Shown here piece after piece: positions 39,152-49,677 of a DNA stretch of 64,000 bases. The DNA is from an uncultured delta proteobacterium (GTDB taxonomy: Bacteria > Desulfobacterota > Syntrophia > Syntrophales > UBA2185), in assembly GCA_963705275.1 (NCBI GenBank), contig OY970063.1:1026515-1090514 (forward strand), given 5' to 3'. Both the position numbers and the translations under genes were made by a program. Numbering within the stretch: position 1 is the first letter of the stretch; every line of letters begins with the position of its first letter. Under the pieces are notes generated by a model. The model saw nothing but the letters and a program-made list of their open reading frames with translations. It was not told the origin of the DNA and made no database searches.

Positions 39152-40329
39152 AGACTATCTATCTCGACAACAATGCGACAACACAGGTCGCAGAAGAGGT
39201 TCTCGATGCCATGCTGCCCTATTTCCGCGACCTTTACGGGAACCCGTCCAGCATGCATACCTTTGGAGGTCAAGTCGGACGGAGCATCCGTGAGGCCCGC
39301 GAACAAGCCGCATCCCTGATCGGCGCCCAACCGGAGGAGATTATCTTCACGAGCTGCGGTACGGAAAGCGATAATGCAGCCATCCGTTCAGCCCTGACTG
39401 CCCATCCCGACAGGCGCCACATCTTGACAAGCCGGGTCGAGCATCCCGCAGTCAAGTCCCTATGCGCCCATCTGTCAAGGCAGGGCTATCGCATAACAGA
39501 GCTCCCCGTTGACAAGGACGGCATCCTGGACATGGCCCAGTACGAAAGGGCTCTCACACCGGATACGGCCATCGTCAGCCTCATGTGGGCGAACAACGAA
39601 ACAGGGGTGCTCTTTCCCGTGGAAAAGGCATCAGAGCTTGCAACGGAAAGAGGCATTCTGTTTCATACAGACGCCGTCCAGGCAGTGGGAAAGATTCCCA
39701 TAAACATGAGGGCCAATGCCATTGATATGCTCTCCATATCCGGTCACAAGCTTCATGCGCCAAAGGGCATCGGAATCCTTTATGTCCGCAAAGGAACGAA
39801 ATTCTCTCCTTTTCTTATAGGCGGGCATCAGGAAAAGGAACGACGGGGCGGTACGGAAAACACGCCCAGCATTATCGGACTGGGGAAGGCCTGCGAATTG
39901 GCGGCCGGCAATATGCAAAAAGAGAACAAGATGGTGTTGCTCCTCCGGGACAAACTGGAGGCTGAGATTATCTCACGTATTCCCAACAGCCGGGTGAATG
40001 GAAACCGCCTGCACAGACTCCCCAACACGACGAATATCAGCTTTGAGTTCGTCGAGGGCGAGGCCATCCTCCTCCTTATGGACGATTACGGAATTTGCGC
40101 GTCGTCCGGTTCCGCCTGCACTTCAGGGTCATTGCAGCCCTCCCATGTGCTCCGCGCCATGGGCGTCCCATTCACTATGGCCCATGGCTCCATCAGGTTT
40201 AGCCTCTCAATCTATAACACGGAAGAAGATATAGACTTCGTGATAGAAAAGCTGCCTTCCATAATCGAACGGTTGCGCAGTATGTCGCCGTATTGGAATG
40301 TAGGCGACCAGGTATGCTCTGTCCAGTAA
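39148..40329 (+). CDS. nifS: Cysteine desulfurase NifS
   Basis: YLDNNATT, HTDAVQ, SGHK, SSGSACTS; ATGA overlap with nifU. Confidence 0.94.
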   Translation: MKTIYLDNNATTQVAEEVLDAMLPYFRDLYGNPSSMHTFGGQVGRSIREAREQAASLIGAQPEEIIFTSCGTESDNAAIRSALTAHPDRRHILTSRVEHPAVKSLCAHLSRQGYRITELPVDKDGILDMAQYERALTPDTAIVSLMWANNETGVLFPVEKASELATERGILFHTDAVQAVGKIPINMRANAIDMLSISGHKLHAPKGIGILYVRKGTKFSPFLIGGHQEKERRGGTENTPSIIGLGKACELAAGNMQKENKMVLLLRDKLEAEIISRIPNSRVNGNRLHRLPNTTNISFEFVEGEAILLLMDDYGICASSGSACTSGSLQPSHVLRAMGVPFTMAHGSIRFSLSIYNTEEDIDFVIEKLPSIIERLRSMSPYWNVGDQVCSVQ

Positions 40330-40345
40330 AGGAGGAAAAATCACC

Positions 40346-41308
40346 ATGGAGGATGACAAGGCTAAAACGGATCAGTGCAAAGCTAATATTGATATTACCC
40401 GGACATTTCGCGATGAAATACCGGCTATCGTTGAAGAGCTTGCGTCGTCCTGCGCCCGCCACGACTGTTTTGACCACGTGGGCCCGGAACCCATTCCTTC
40501 TCGGGAGGCCATCATCGACACCGTGCACATGGCGTGCCGCATTCTCTACCCCGGCTACTTTATCCGCACACGCGTAGATCAGGTCAATGTGGGATACTAT
40601 TTCGGCCAGGAATTGACCGCTCTTTTTGAAGCCCTTGCCGAACAGATTATGCTCGCCATACGGCATGACTGCATCCGGCACGATCAGCCCTGCACTCACT
40701 GCGAAGAGCGTGGCCAGCAGGCTGCCATCGGCTTTCTGCGCAGTATGCCGCAATTGCGTGTTTTGCTTGCCACGGATATTAAAGCGGCCTATGAAGGAGA
40801 TCCAGCCGCCAAGAGTTTCGATGAAATCATATTCAGTTATCCGGGGCTTTTCGCAATCACAGTATATCGCATCGCTCATCTGCTGCACCACAACGACATT
40901 CCCCTTATCCCGCGCATCATGACTGAATACGCCCATAGCAGAACGGGCATAGATATACATCCCGGGGCCGATATCGGAGAAAGTTTCTTTATCGATCACG
41001 GTACGGGTGTCGTAATCGGGGAGACGACCACCATCGGCAAACGTGTCAGAATATATCAGGGAGTAACTTTGGGCGCCCTGTCGCTCGGCCGTGACGAACT
41101 GGAAAGTCTGCGAAACAAGAAGCGTCATCCAACGATTGAGGATGATGCTATCATCTATTCAAATGCAACCGTGCTGGGCGGGAAGACCGTCATCGGAGCC
41201 CGTTCGGTAATCGGCGGAAACGTCTGGATTACTGACTCGGTGCCGCCGGATACGGAGATATTCCTGAAAAAGCAGGATCTCGTGCTGAGAGAAAAGACTG
41301 CCAAATAG
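40346..41308 (+). CDS. cysE: Serine O-acetyltransferase (long form)
   Basis: GDPAA, GIDIHPGA.IG, FIDHGTGVVIGET, YQGVTLG, KRHPT. Confidence 0.9.
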   Translation: MEDDKAKTDQCKANIDITRTFRDEIPAIVEELASSCARHDCFDHVGPEPIPSREAIIDTVHMACRILYPGYFIRTRVDQVNVGYYFGQELTALFEALAEQIMLAIRHDCIRHDQPCTHCEERGQQAAIGFLRSMPQLRVLLATDIKAAYEGDPAAKSFDEIIFSYPGLFAITVYRIAHLLHHNDIPLIPRIMTEYAHSRTGIDIHPGADIGESFFIDHGTGVVIGETTTIGKRVRIYQGVTLGALSLGRDELESLRNKKRHPTIEDDAIIYSNATVLGGKTVIGARSVIGGNVWITDSVPPDTEIFLKKQDLVLREKTAK

Positions 41309-41525
41309 GCCGCTTGCTTAAGCCGACTGATATAATTGCGGTTCCTCCACATCTGCCAAACCCTTAGGTAGCTTATGCCTACCATTACTCTTCCATTTAA
41401 TACTCATTGCTTAGCACTGCCAAACGCATTAGTGTGATTGTGGTAAATTGCCCTGACATATGGGGCACTGTAGCGAGTGATCCCTTCTAACAGCAGAAGG
41501 CTATTCGTTATCGCACGAAGGAAAT

Positions 41526-43208
41526 GTGCCGCGAGGATTGCCGGTGGAAAAAAGACTGCATAAATCTCAAATGAATGTGACTTCCGGATATAAGGCGGAT
41601 AACCCTGCGAGCAACTATGTAAAGACCAGGCCGCGCCGGCGTCACGGGAGCCGTCCTGCGAAGGTGATAAGGAACATAAAGCGCTTTGAGATCCTGAAGA
41701 AGGCGGGGAAGACGACAGTACTCCTTGTGGCCCCGGAGACGGGCAGGCTGCCGGAAGATATGGGAAGCCTGGCGAGATATATATCCGGCAAATCAGGAGG
41801 CCTGGGAGAGGTGGTCTCCGCGCTATCTGAGGGGCTCAGGGCAAGGGGAATCAACTGCCACCTGGCGACGCTTAATCTTAAAAGGCGCTTTCAAGAGGAG
41901 AGCGGCATGGATGAACATGCATGGCGTCAGGTCAGATACAAGGTAGACCCTGACAAGATCCATCTGGTAAGCTCATCTATCTATGCAAACCTCCCCAGCG
42001 CATATTCGGGGAATCCACTTTCCAATGCCGCTGAATTTCAGAAGGAACTGGTAAATAATACCATCAAGACAGTGCGGGCAAGAAGCGGTGGGATGCTTAT
42101 CGTGCATAGCCACGACTGGATGGCAGGCGGTGTTGTCACGGCGTATGCGAAATCGAGGGACTGCCCCGTGCTGCATACGGTGCACAACGTCCATACAGGC
42201 CACATCCCTTTGGATATGCTTTTCGGAGTAGATATTGATAGCCTCGCATGGAATATCTACTTCTCCGAGTATAACGGGAGGACATGTATCGACTCCCAGG
42301 CTACAGCCATTAAGAGCGCCACCATGGTAAATTTCGTGGGGGAAAAGTTTCTCAGGGAAATCATCGAAGATTATTTCCTGGACAGGTCATTCATCCCCCC
42401 GAGCGTGAGGCAGGAGGTCAAGGCAAAGTACAATCACGGTGCGGCATTCTGCATCATCAATGCGCCATCCCCCAGGATGTATCCGGAGCGCTGCGAGCAC
42501 CTCGCGAGGAAGTACAATCCCGATGACGATGTTCTGGCAGCAAAGAGGGAGAACCTGGTGGAGTTTCAGAAGAGGACGGGTCTTATGACAAATCCGGATG
42601 CGATTCTTCTCTACTGGCCGTCGAGACTGGACGAAATGCAGAAGGGATGTGAGCTTCTCGAAGACATTGCCCTTAGATTTGTCATAGAAAACGCCGACGC
42701 CCAGATTGCCGTTGTCGGTAACGGCGTTGAAGGTGATCGGAAGCACGAGGAGATTATGGGAAGGATCGCTTGCGCCTCGGGCGGGAAGATAACATACCAG
42801 CGCTTCAGCGAACCTCTCTCCATGCTCGGCTACGCCGCGGCAAGCGACGTCTTCGGCGCGTCCCTTTATGAGCCCTGCGGTCAGATAGACCAGATAGGCA
42901 ACCTCTTCGGCGCCACAGCGACGAACCGCGACACCGGCGGTTATCATGACAAGATAAAAGAACTGCAATTAAGGTGCGAGGGCGCATCTTGCGATACCGG
43001 AAACGGATTCCTCTTCTGCAATTATGATCCCGGCGGCTTATGGCACGGACTCACGAGGAGTATACAGTTTCACAGGAACCCGCCGGAGCAAAGAGAAGAG
43101 CAGATGAAGAGGATCATGAGGGAGGCGAGGGAAAGATACGGCTTAGACACCATGATCGATGAATACGTGAAGGCTTACGAGAGGCTCAACGGCAGGCCGC
43201 TTAACTGA
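41526..43208 (+). CDS. Glycogen/starch-synthase-like GT-B glycosyltransferase (divergent; start uncertain)
   Basis: KSGGLGEV, HSHDW, TVHN, PSRL..QKG, SLYEPCG, DTGG. Confidence 0.8.
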   Translation: MPRGLPVEKRLHKSQMNVTSGYKADNPASNYVKTRPRRRHGSRPAKVIRNIKRFEILKKAGKTTVLLVAPETGRLPEDMGSLARYISGKSGGLGEVVSALSEGLRARGINCHLATLNLKRRFQEESGMDEHAWRQVRYKVDPDKIHLVSSSIYANLPSAYSGNPLSNAAEFQKELVNNTIKTVRARSGGMLIVHSHDWMAGGVVTAYAKSRDCPVLHTVHNVHTGHIPLDMLFGVDIDSLAWNIYFSEYNGRTCIDSQATAIKSATMVNFVGEKFLREIIEDYFLDRSFIPPSVRQEVKAKYNHGAAFCIINAPSPRMYPERCEHLARKYNPDDDVLAAKRENLVEFQKRTGLMTNPDAILLYWPSRLDEMQKGCELLEDIALRFVIENADAQIAVVGNGVEGDRKHEEIMGRIACASGGKITYQRFSEPLSMLGYAAASDVFGASLYEPCGQIDQIGNLFGATATNRDTGGYHDKIKELQLRCEGASCDTGNGFLFCNYDPGGLWHGLTRSIQFHRNPPEQREEQMKRIMREARERYGLDTMIDEYVKAYERLNGRPLN

Positions 43209-43231
43209 ATGCACATCAAGAGGACAGGACT

Positions 43232-44227
43232 ATGGAAAATGCATTAAAGATACTGCTTGTCGAGGATAATAGAACGGACGCTGTATTGATTGAAGAAATG
43301 ATCCATCAGCCGGACGCAGATGGTTCTTACGACATCAGTTACGAATTAATACATAAGGAACTGCTCCGTGACGCCTTGAAATATTTGGCCGAAAATACGG
43401 TTGATGTAATTCTCCTGGACCTGTCTCTTCCCGACAGCAAAGGTCTTGAGACGATAAGAAAAATGGGCGAGAGGGAAAAGAATGCGCCTATTATCGTCCT
43501 CACAGGTCTCGATAATGAAGCCACTGCCATACGAGCGCTGCAACACAGCGTTCAGGACTATCTAAATAAGAACAAGACGGACAGCATCCTGCTTCATCGT
43601 TCCATAAAATATTCCATGGAACGCTTCAACAATATAAGAGAGAAAGAAAGACTAATAACGGAACTGAAGGAGGCGCTCGATAATATAAAGACGCTGCGAG
43701 GGCTGCTCCCCATCTGCGCCGGTTGCAAGAATATACGCGATGATGACGGATACTGGATACAGGTTGAATCCTATCTCACGAGCCACTCCGATCTCAATTT
43801 TACTCACAGCATCTGCCCTGATTGCGTGAAGAAGCTGTATCCCGAATTTACCAGGAATAAGAAGGTGGATGTAGAAAAACGCCAGCACCCGAGAAAGAAC
43901 GTCTCTTTTCCCGCTCTGGTAAGCGGATGCGGATCGGAGGATAAGACGCTGTTGCAGAACGGATTAGTCGTAGATATTTCTCAGGGGGGATTGCAGATAT
44001 TAATCCCGAGCACCTATGAGTGCAAGAAGGAAGGCGACGGGGAAGCTTCCAGGATAACCATTACCTTCGCACTGCCCGGTAGTAAGAAACCCATTACTAT
44101 AGAGTGTGTGCCCCAAAGTGTATTTCGGTCTGATCAAGAAACCAAGATCGGAGCTTCTTTTGTCGACACTGACATTGAGACGTATCAAGCCATTCAGAAC
44201 TACCTGATGAACTCAATATCGGCATAA
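43232..44227 (+). CDS. Response regulator with Cys-rich central domain and C-terminal PilZ
   Basis: REC (LLVED, LLDLSLPD); LLPICAGCKNIRDDDGYW...THSICPDC; RQHPR...DISQGG. Confidence 0.85.
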   Translation: MENALKILLVEDNRTDAVLIEEMIHQPDADGSYDISYELIHKELLRDALKYLAENTVDVILLDLSLPDSKGLETIRKMGEREKNAPIIVLTGLDNEATAIRALQHSVQDYLNKNKTDSILLHRSIKYSMERFNNIREKERLITELKEALDNIKTLRGLLPICAGCKNIRDDDGYWIQVESYLTSHSDLNFTHSICPDCVKKLYPEFTRNKKVDVEKRQHPRKNVSFPALVSGCGSEDKTLLQNGLVVDISQGGLQILIPSTYECKKEGDGEASRITITFALPGSKKPITIECVPQSVFRSDQETKIGASFVDTDIETYQAIQNYLMNSISA

Positions 44228-44285
44228 ATTTCATCGCCCGACATACCCTTTTGTTCTGCGGAAAAGGCTCTCAAGCACGGGTTCT

Positions 44286-45660
44286 ATGGCAATATTCAAA
44301 GACCGGATCATCGACGTTACCACGGGAAATATCTGGACCGGCATCTGGAAACTTTCCTGGCCCATGCTTGTAATGATGATCCTTGGCTTCCTGGTCGGCT
44401 TTACCGATGTATATGTTGCCGGTCTTATCAGCCCGAATGTCCAGGCGGCAGTCGGTTTCATAACTCAGATATATTTCCTTGTCATTATTGTTGCAAACGC
44501 TATCAGCATAGGCTCACTGGCAGTGATTTCCAGGGCCATCGGCGCCGGAGACGAGGGCAGGGCCATTGATGCCGCAAAGCAATCTCTCTTCCTCGGCCTG
44601 TTGATTTCCATTGCCTTCACTGCGGTTTGTCTCATATTTTATCGCGGCATCATTTCAGGAGCCGGATTCCCGCCGGAGATTACTGACATTGCCGAAAATT
44701 TCCTGCTGATTTTTGCCTTCGCTCTGGGACCTAATTACCTCCTCGTCATCTCGAACACCATTTTCCGTGCAGGTGCCGAGGTGAAAAAACCACTCGTGAC
44801 AATGTTTGTCATCAGTGTGGTGAATATTGCCCTGGATTTCCTGCTCGTTTTCGGCATTCACCCTTTTCCAAAACTCGGCTATGCAGGAATCGCCTATTCG
44901 ACGGCCATCTCGACGCTCTTAGGAACCATGATTAACCTAACGTTCCTGGGGCTCAGCGACAGATGGCGACCTGTCTATTCTAATTTCGGGATCGTATCTT
45001 CTGAAATGGTCAAGACCCATTCTCAATGTTGGATGGCCTGCGGGATTTCTCCAGGTCGCCTGGAATATGGCGAGCATACTTATGTTTAATGTTCTGGGAA
45101 GACTGAAAGAGGCAAGTATCACCGCCCTCGCGTCTATTGCCAACGGGCTCCGGATTGAGGCGATAATCTTCCTCCCCGCCTTTGCGCTCAACATGGCCGC
45201 GTCGGTCATTGTGGGCCAGAACCTGGGCGCCGGCGATCCGGAAAGGGCGGAAAAGATGGGCTGGAAGCTGGCCGGTTTGGGGATAGCGATTACCAGCATC
45301 ATGGCTGTTATCATCTTCATATGGGCGGAGAGCTTCGCCTCCACCCTGACTTCGGAACCCGCAGTCCTTGCCGAAACGGCGCGGTATCTCAGGTTCAATA
45401 TGGTTTCCGAGCCCTTCCTTGCCTTGAGTACGGTGATGGGAGGCGGTCTTCAGGGCGCGGGTGATACGAGGGGGACAATGTGGGTCATCATTATTTCCAT
45501 GTGGTTTATCCGGCTCCCCCTTGCCGTGTTCTTTGCGCTCCATGCGGGGTTGGGCGCCCCCGGCGTCTGGACGGCCATGGTAATTTCCATGGCCTGCCAG
45601 GGACTCATGATGGCCTGGTGGTTTCACCAAGGGAAATGGAAGAGGCTGGAATTGAAATAA
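44286..45660 (+). CDS. MATE efflux transporter, frameshifted by an extra C at 45016-45018
   Basis: Both MATE halves are present. Removing one C gives ...MVKTILNVGWPAGFLQVAWNMAS..., joining the two ORFs. Confidence 0.85.
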
Positions 45661-45721
45661 ATGTAAAATCCGGAACGTCGGACTCCGTGATTTAAGAACC
45701 GGTGAAAGGAGACAAAGATAA

Positions 45722-46940
45722 ATGCTGCACCTCTACAATTCCATGGGAAAACGATTGGAGGTTTTTCGTCCCGTTAACTCCAAGGTCGTGAACATATTCA
45801 CCTGCGGCCCTTCCGTCTACCAGAGGGCGCATATCGGCAATTTCAGGACATTCTTATTCGAAGACGTCTTGGTCAAATATCTTGAATATTCCGGTTACAA
45901 GGTCAAACGGGGCATGAATTTCACCGATATCGAAGACAAGGCTGTAGCGGAAGCGGAAAAAAAACATACGACGGTGAAGCGCCTGACAGAGGAGAATATT
46001 GCATCATTCCTCGATGAAATGGCCTTGCTCAAGATCAAGAAACCTGATTATCTTCCGCGCGCTTCCCGTTCGGTCGGCGAGGCGGTAAAAATCATCGAGG
46101 GTCTCGCCGCGCGCGGCACGGCATACTGGCATCGTGGTGACGTATATTTTGATCCGTTAAAATTCAAGGGATTCGGAAAAATTTACGGCCTTGATATGAC
46201 GCGGTGGCCGAAGGCGAAGAGACGACTTCAGCAAAGACACCTATCCGGGCATGCGCTGGAATCTCGGCGATTTCATACTCTGGCACGGCTGCAGGGAAGG
46301 TGAAAGGGACTGCTGGAAGACATCAATTGGAGCGGGCAGGCCCGCCTGGAACATACAGGATGCAAGCATGGTAAACCGGTATTTCCATGAGACCCTCTCC
46401 ATCTACTGCGGAGGGATCGATAATCTGATCCGCCACCACGACTATACGCGCGCCGTCCTGGAATCTGTGAGACCCTATGCCATGGCGCGATACTGGCTCC
46501 ACTGTCAGCATCTATTTGTAAACGGAAAGAAGATGTCCAAGAGCAAGGGGAATATCTACTATACGGATACATTACTTGCCGATGGGTATAGCCCCGCCGA
46601 AATAAGGTTCTTCCTGATCTCAAATCACTACCGGAAGAGGATAAACTATACGGAGAAAAATATGCGCCGTGCCAAAGACAAGCTTCATGAGCTGAAAGGC
46701 CTGACGCACGGTATTACAGAAAGAGCCGCGGGGAAGCCCCGGCGGGGTTCCCGGAAAGCCCAGAGCCTCCGGGATGTCTTTATCCGGCACATGGATAATG
46801 ATTTGCGGCTCGGTGAGGCTATCGATGCCGTGCAGTTTCTTCTATCGGGGATCAGACCGGAGGCCCTGAAACCGGACGAGGCTGCGGATATCCTCGCCTC
46901 GCTCAAGGATATGGACAAGGTATTAAATGTCTTGTTCTAG
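45722..46940 (+). CDS. Divergent, C-terminally truncated cysteinyl-tRNA synthetase paralog (frameshift near 46223-46226)
   Basis: TCGPSVY..AHIGN, DFILW, GRPAW, KMSKSKGN. Removing one base joins the ORFs (RRFSKDTYPGMRWN) to give ~405 aa. Confidence 0.8.
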
Positions 46941-47020
46941 AATAAGAGCAGCAAGACTGAGAAAGACTCCGGTGCTCTCAGGATGCAAAGGCAAAATAAA
47001 AAATGCAAGAGGAGAATGTC

Positions 47021-47827
47021 ATGAAGAAATTATTCGGAATGCTCGCCGTCTTTGTATTGATTCTGATAGTCGCGGGTATCGCACAGGCGGCAACGAAGAT
47101 CGCGGGGAAGGACGTGGCCTATAGCGCCCAGGGTGTCGTGATGAAAGGCTACCTTGCATATGACGAGAATATCAAGGGCAGACGCCCGGGAGTGTTGGTG
47201 GTCCACGAATGGTGGGGGCTCAATGACTACGCCCGCAAGCGGGCCCGCATGCTGGCAGGACTTGGTTATACGGCCCTCGCCGTGGACATGTACGGTGAAG
47301 GCAAGATGGCCAAGCACCCTGATGATGCGGGAAAATTTTCATCAGAGCTCATGAAGAATTTTGACGTGGGAAAGGCGCGCTTTGTCGCAGCGATGGATTT
47401 CCTTAAAGGGCAGCCCTCCGTCGACCCAGCGCAGATCGCCGCCATCGGCTATTGCTTCGGCGGCGGCATTGTGCTCAACATGGCGCGGCAGGGGGTTGAT
47501 CTTGCGGGTGTTGCAAGCTTTCATGGAAGTTTGACGGCAGTGAAACCCGCCCAGCCCGGCGCGGTGAAGGCAAGTATACTGGTCCTTCACGGCGAGGATG
47601 ACAAGTTTATAACGGGAGCGCAGATTGAGGCTTTCAAGAACGAGATGAAAGCCGCGGGCGCCGACTACAAGTTTATCTCCTACCCGGGCGCAGTTCACAG
47701 CTTCACCAACCCTCAGGCTGATGAATTAGGGAAAAAGTATAATATCCCGATCGCGTACAACCGCGACGCAGACAAGAAATCATGGGAAGAACTGAAGAAA
47801 TTTCTGCGCACCATTTTCAGAAGATAG
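47021..47827 (+). CDS. Exported dienelactone hydrolase family protein
   Basis: Signal peptide, HEWWGLN, GYCFGG, FHG, HSFTNP. Confidence 0.9.
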   Translation: MKKLFGMLAVFVLILIVAGIAQAATKIAGKDVAYSAQGVVMKGYLAYDENIKGRRPGVLVVHEWWGLNDYARKRARMLAGLGYTALAVDMYGEGKMAKHPDDAGKFSSELMKNFDVGKARFVAAMDFLKGQPSVDPAQIAAIGYCFGGGIVLNMARQGVDLAGVASFHGSLTAVKPAQPGAVKASILVLHGEDDKFITGAQIEAFKNEMKAAGADYKFISYPGAVHSFTNPQADELGKKYNIPIAYNRDADKKSWEELKKFLRTIFRR

Positions 47828-47837
47828 CATAGTGCAC

Positions 47838-48968
47838 CTATCTCCTTATGCCTCCGCCTCCGCCAGCGGACGGATGCATAGTCCCTCCCTCGTGAGCGGG
47901 CGGGCCGAATACCCTCCCTTCACTCGGTGGGGGGCCGGGCATTCCAGCGGGTGCACGGAACCTTTCTCCCTCACGTACGCGAGGGCCCGGCGCCCTTCCC
48001 TCTTGGTGAGCGGGGCTCATCATCCTGTGCTCGCCGACAGGAGGACTAACCACCGTGCCACCCGCAGGTGGGCCCGCTGGCCGGACGCCACCGCTTGGCA
48101 CGCCCGTCACACTGCTGCCGCGCGGGGGTGGGCTAACTACTCTTGTGCCGGGAGGCATTTGTTCGCGGGGACCGTGAAAAATTCTTGTTTCACCGCGAGG
48201 AACACCCGTCGAGATAAAACCCTTCCTGCTCTTTACGCCGATCCCGGCAAATGTCCTCCCGTTGAATCTCGCCCCCGGATCGATCCGAAAGACACGGTGC
48301 TTCCTCACATCGTTGAAGTGATTTGAGACAAAAATCACTCTTCCATTTGAGACAATGGTCCTATGGAAATCATGGAGGACGAAGAATCCCGGAAACCAAA
48401 AACCGGAGCACCAGAAGGGATAAGGAATCCACGTATAAAGGTAATAAAAATCAGGAGGCGGATAGTAGTATGTGACTACAGGTGGACCCTGGTCAGAGTA
48501 ATAACCGTTTATATCCTGCGGATTCGGATAGTCCTGGGAACCCGATGACTCCGCTCCGTAAGTGGCGCCGCCCGTGTAAGGGCTGATCGGCAAGCCGGAG
48601 GCGGCGGCAACATCGTAGAACCTCTTTAAGGCCTCATCCTTGCCGAGAGCCAGCTTATTGGCATCCGCGGCATCGCCTACCGCTTTCTGCAGCTCACCTA
48701 TGATATCGGGAGTCACGGGATAATCGGCAATCCACCCGTTCCGGGGCGTGATGCCGGCTTCTCCAAGCCGGCTTTCCGCTTCAACCTCTTCGTCTGTCGT
48801 CCCTATGCCCAAAGCGGAGGCAAGCCTGACAGCGAAGTCCCCCTCGCGGACGAGTTGCTGCTCTATCGGTGGCGGGCTCCCTGATTGGGCCCATGCGACT
48901 ACCGGAATCAAAAACAAGAAAAGACCCGCGATGAACACTATAATATCTCTTGGGGATAGCTTTTTCAT
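47838..48968 (-). CDS. Exported hypothetical protein with aromatic/Pro-rich middle and Gly/Pro-rich disordered tail
   Basis: Signal peptide (AWA), YYYPPPDFYYLY, low-complexity tail; AAGGAG RBS. Confidence 0.7.
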   Translation of the reverse strand: MKKLSPRDIIVFIAGLFLFLIPVVAWAQSGSPPPIEQQLVREGDFAVRLASALGIGTTDEEVEAESRLGEAGITPRNGWIADYPVTPDIIGELQKAVGDAADANKLALGKDEALKRFYDVAAASGLPISPYTGGATYGAESSGSQDYPNPQDINGYYSDQGPPVVTYYYPPPDFYYLYTWIPYPFWCSGFWFPGFFVLHDFHRTIVSNGRVIFVSNHFNDVRKHRVFRIDPGARFNGRTFAGIGVKSRKGFISTGVPRGETRIFHGPREQMPPGTRVVSPPPRGSSVTGVPSGGVRPAGPPAGGTVVSPPVGEHRMMSPAHQEGRAPGPRVREGERFRAPAGMPGPPPSEGRVFGPPAHEGGTMHPSAGGGGGIRR

Positions 48969-49236
48969 GCGGCAGTTCTCCTTTCTACTCCGATAACGAT
49001 TTCTCTAGTGAAAGGATATTACATATTATCGCAGGATGCCATAGGCAGGATTACTCATTATGGACTGCGAAATGTCTTATTGCAAAACAAGAAAAAGGAT
49101 GAGGGGGTAAAAGAGAAAAGGAGCGTAGTGCAAACATATATGTCTTCTCACGCGGCGGGACCAAAGTCCTGCACTACGACTCTTTGCGGCGCATGATATT
49201 GCTTCTCCTCGCCCGCAATGAGAATCACGATAGAGC

Positions 49237-49677
49237 TCAGAACGGCAGTTTATTGAGCAGAACCCAGTAAAATCCTATGTCGGCTACGGCCTGTGCGAAG
49301 TTATTAAACTCAACGGGTTTCACGATATAACTGTTCACCCCGAGTTCATAACTGTCAATCCGGTCCTTCTGCTCATTGGAAGAAGTGAGAACCACGACAG
49401 GCAGAGTCTTCGTCCGCTCGTCAGATCTGATTCTGCGCAAGACCTCAATGCCGTCTACCTTCGGAAGCTTAAGGTCAAGGAGAATCACCTTCGGACGGAC
49501 ACATATATTCCTGCCCGCAAACTGGCCCGTACAAAATATGTAATCGAGCGCCTCCTCACCGTCCCGCAATACCTTGACACGGTTGGCAAGTTTATGCACC
49601 TTAAGGGCATCAATGGTCAGCTCCACATCGTCAGGGTTATCCTCTATGAGCAAGACATCGACAATATTATCAGCCAA
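49237..49677 (-). CDS. Single-domain response regulator (Rcp1-like)
   Basis: TTG start with AGGAG RBS; [26 protein letters not shown]; overlaps the kinase stop. Confidence 0.9.
   Translation of the reverse strand: MADNIVDVLLIEDNPDDVELTIDALKVHKLANRVKVLRDGEEALDYIFCTGQFAGRNICVRPKVILLDLKLPKVDGIEVLRRIRSDERTKTLPVVVLTSSNEQKDRIDSYELGVNSYIVKPVEFNNFAQAVADIGFYWVLLNKLPF

Noticed and set aside
38327-40329. Nitrogen fixation cluster
   Set aside because: No nifHDK/ENB in the window; NifU/NifS alone is a known housekeeping Fe-S assembly system in anaerobes.
45010-46230. Programmed frameshifting in MATE and the CysRS paralog
   Set aside because: No slippery heptamer or evident stimulatory structure; similar indels elsewhere point to sequencing error.
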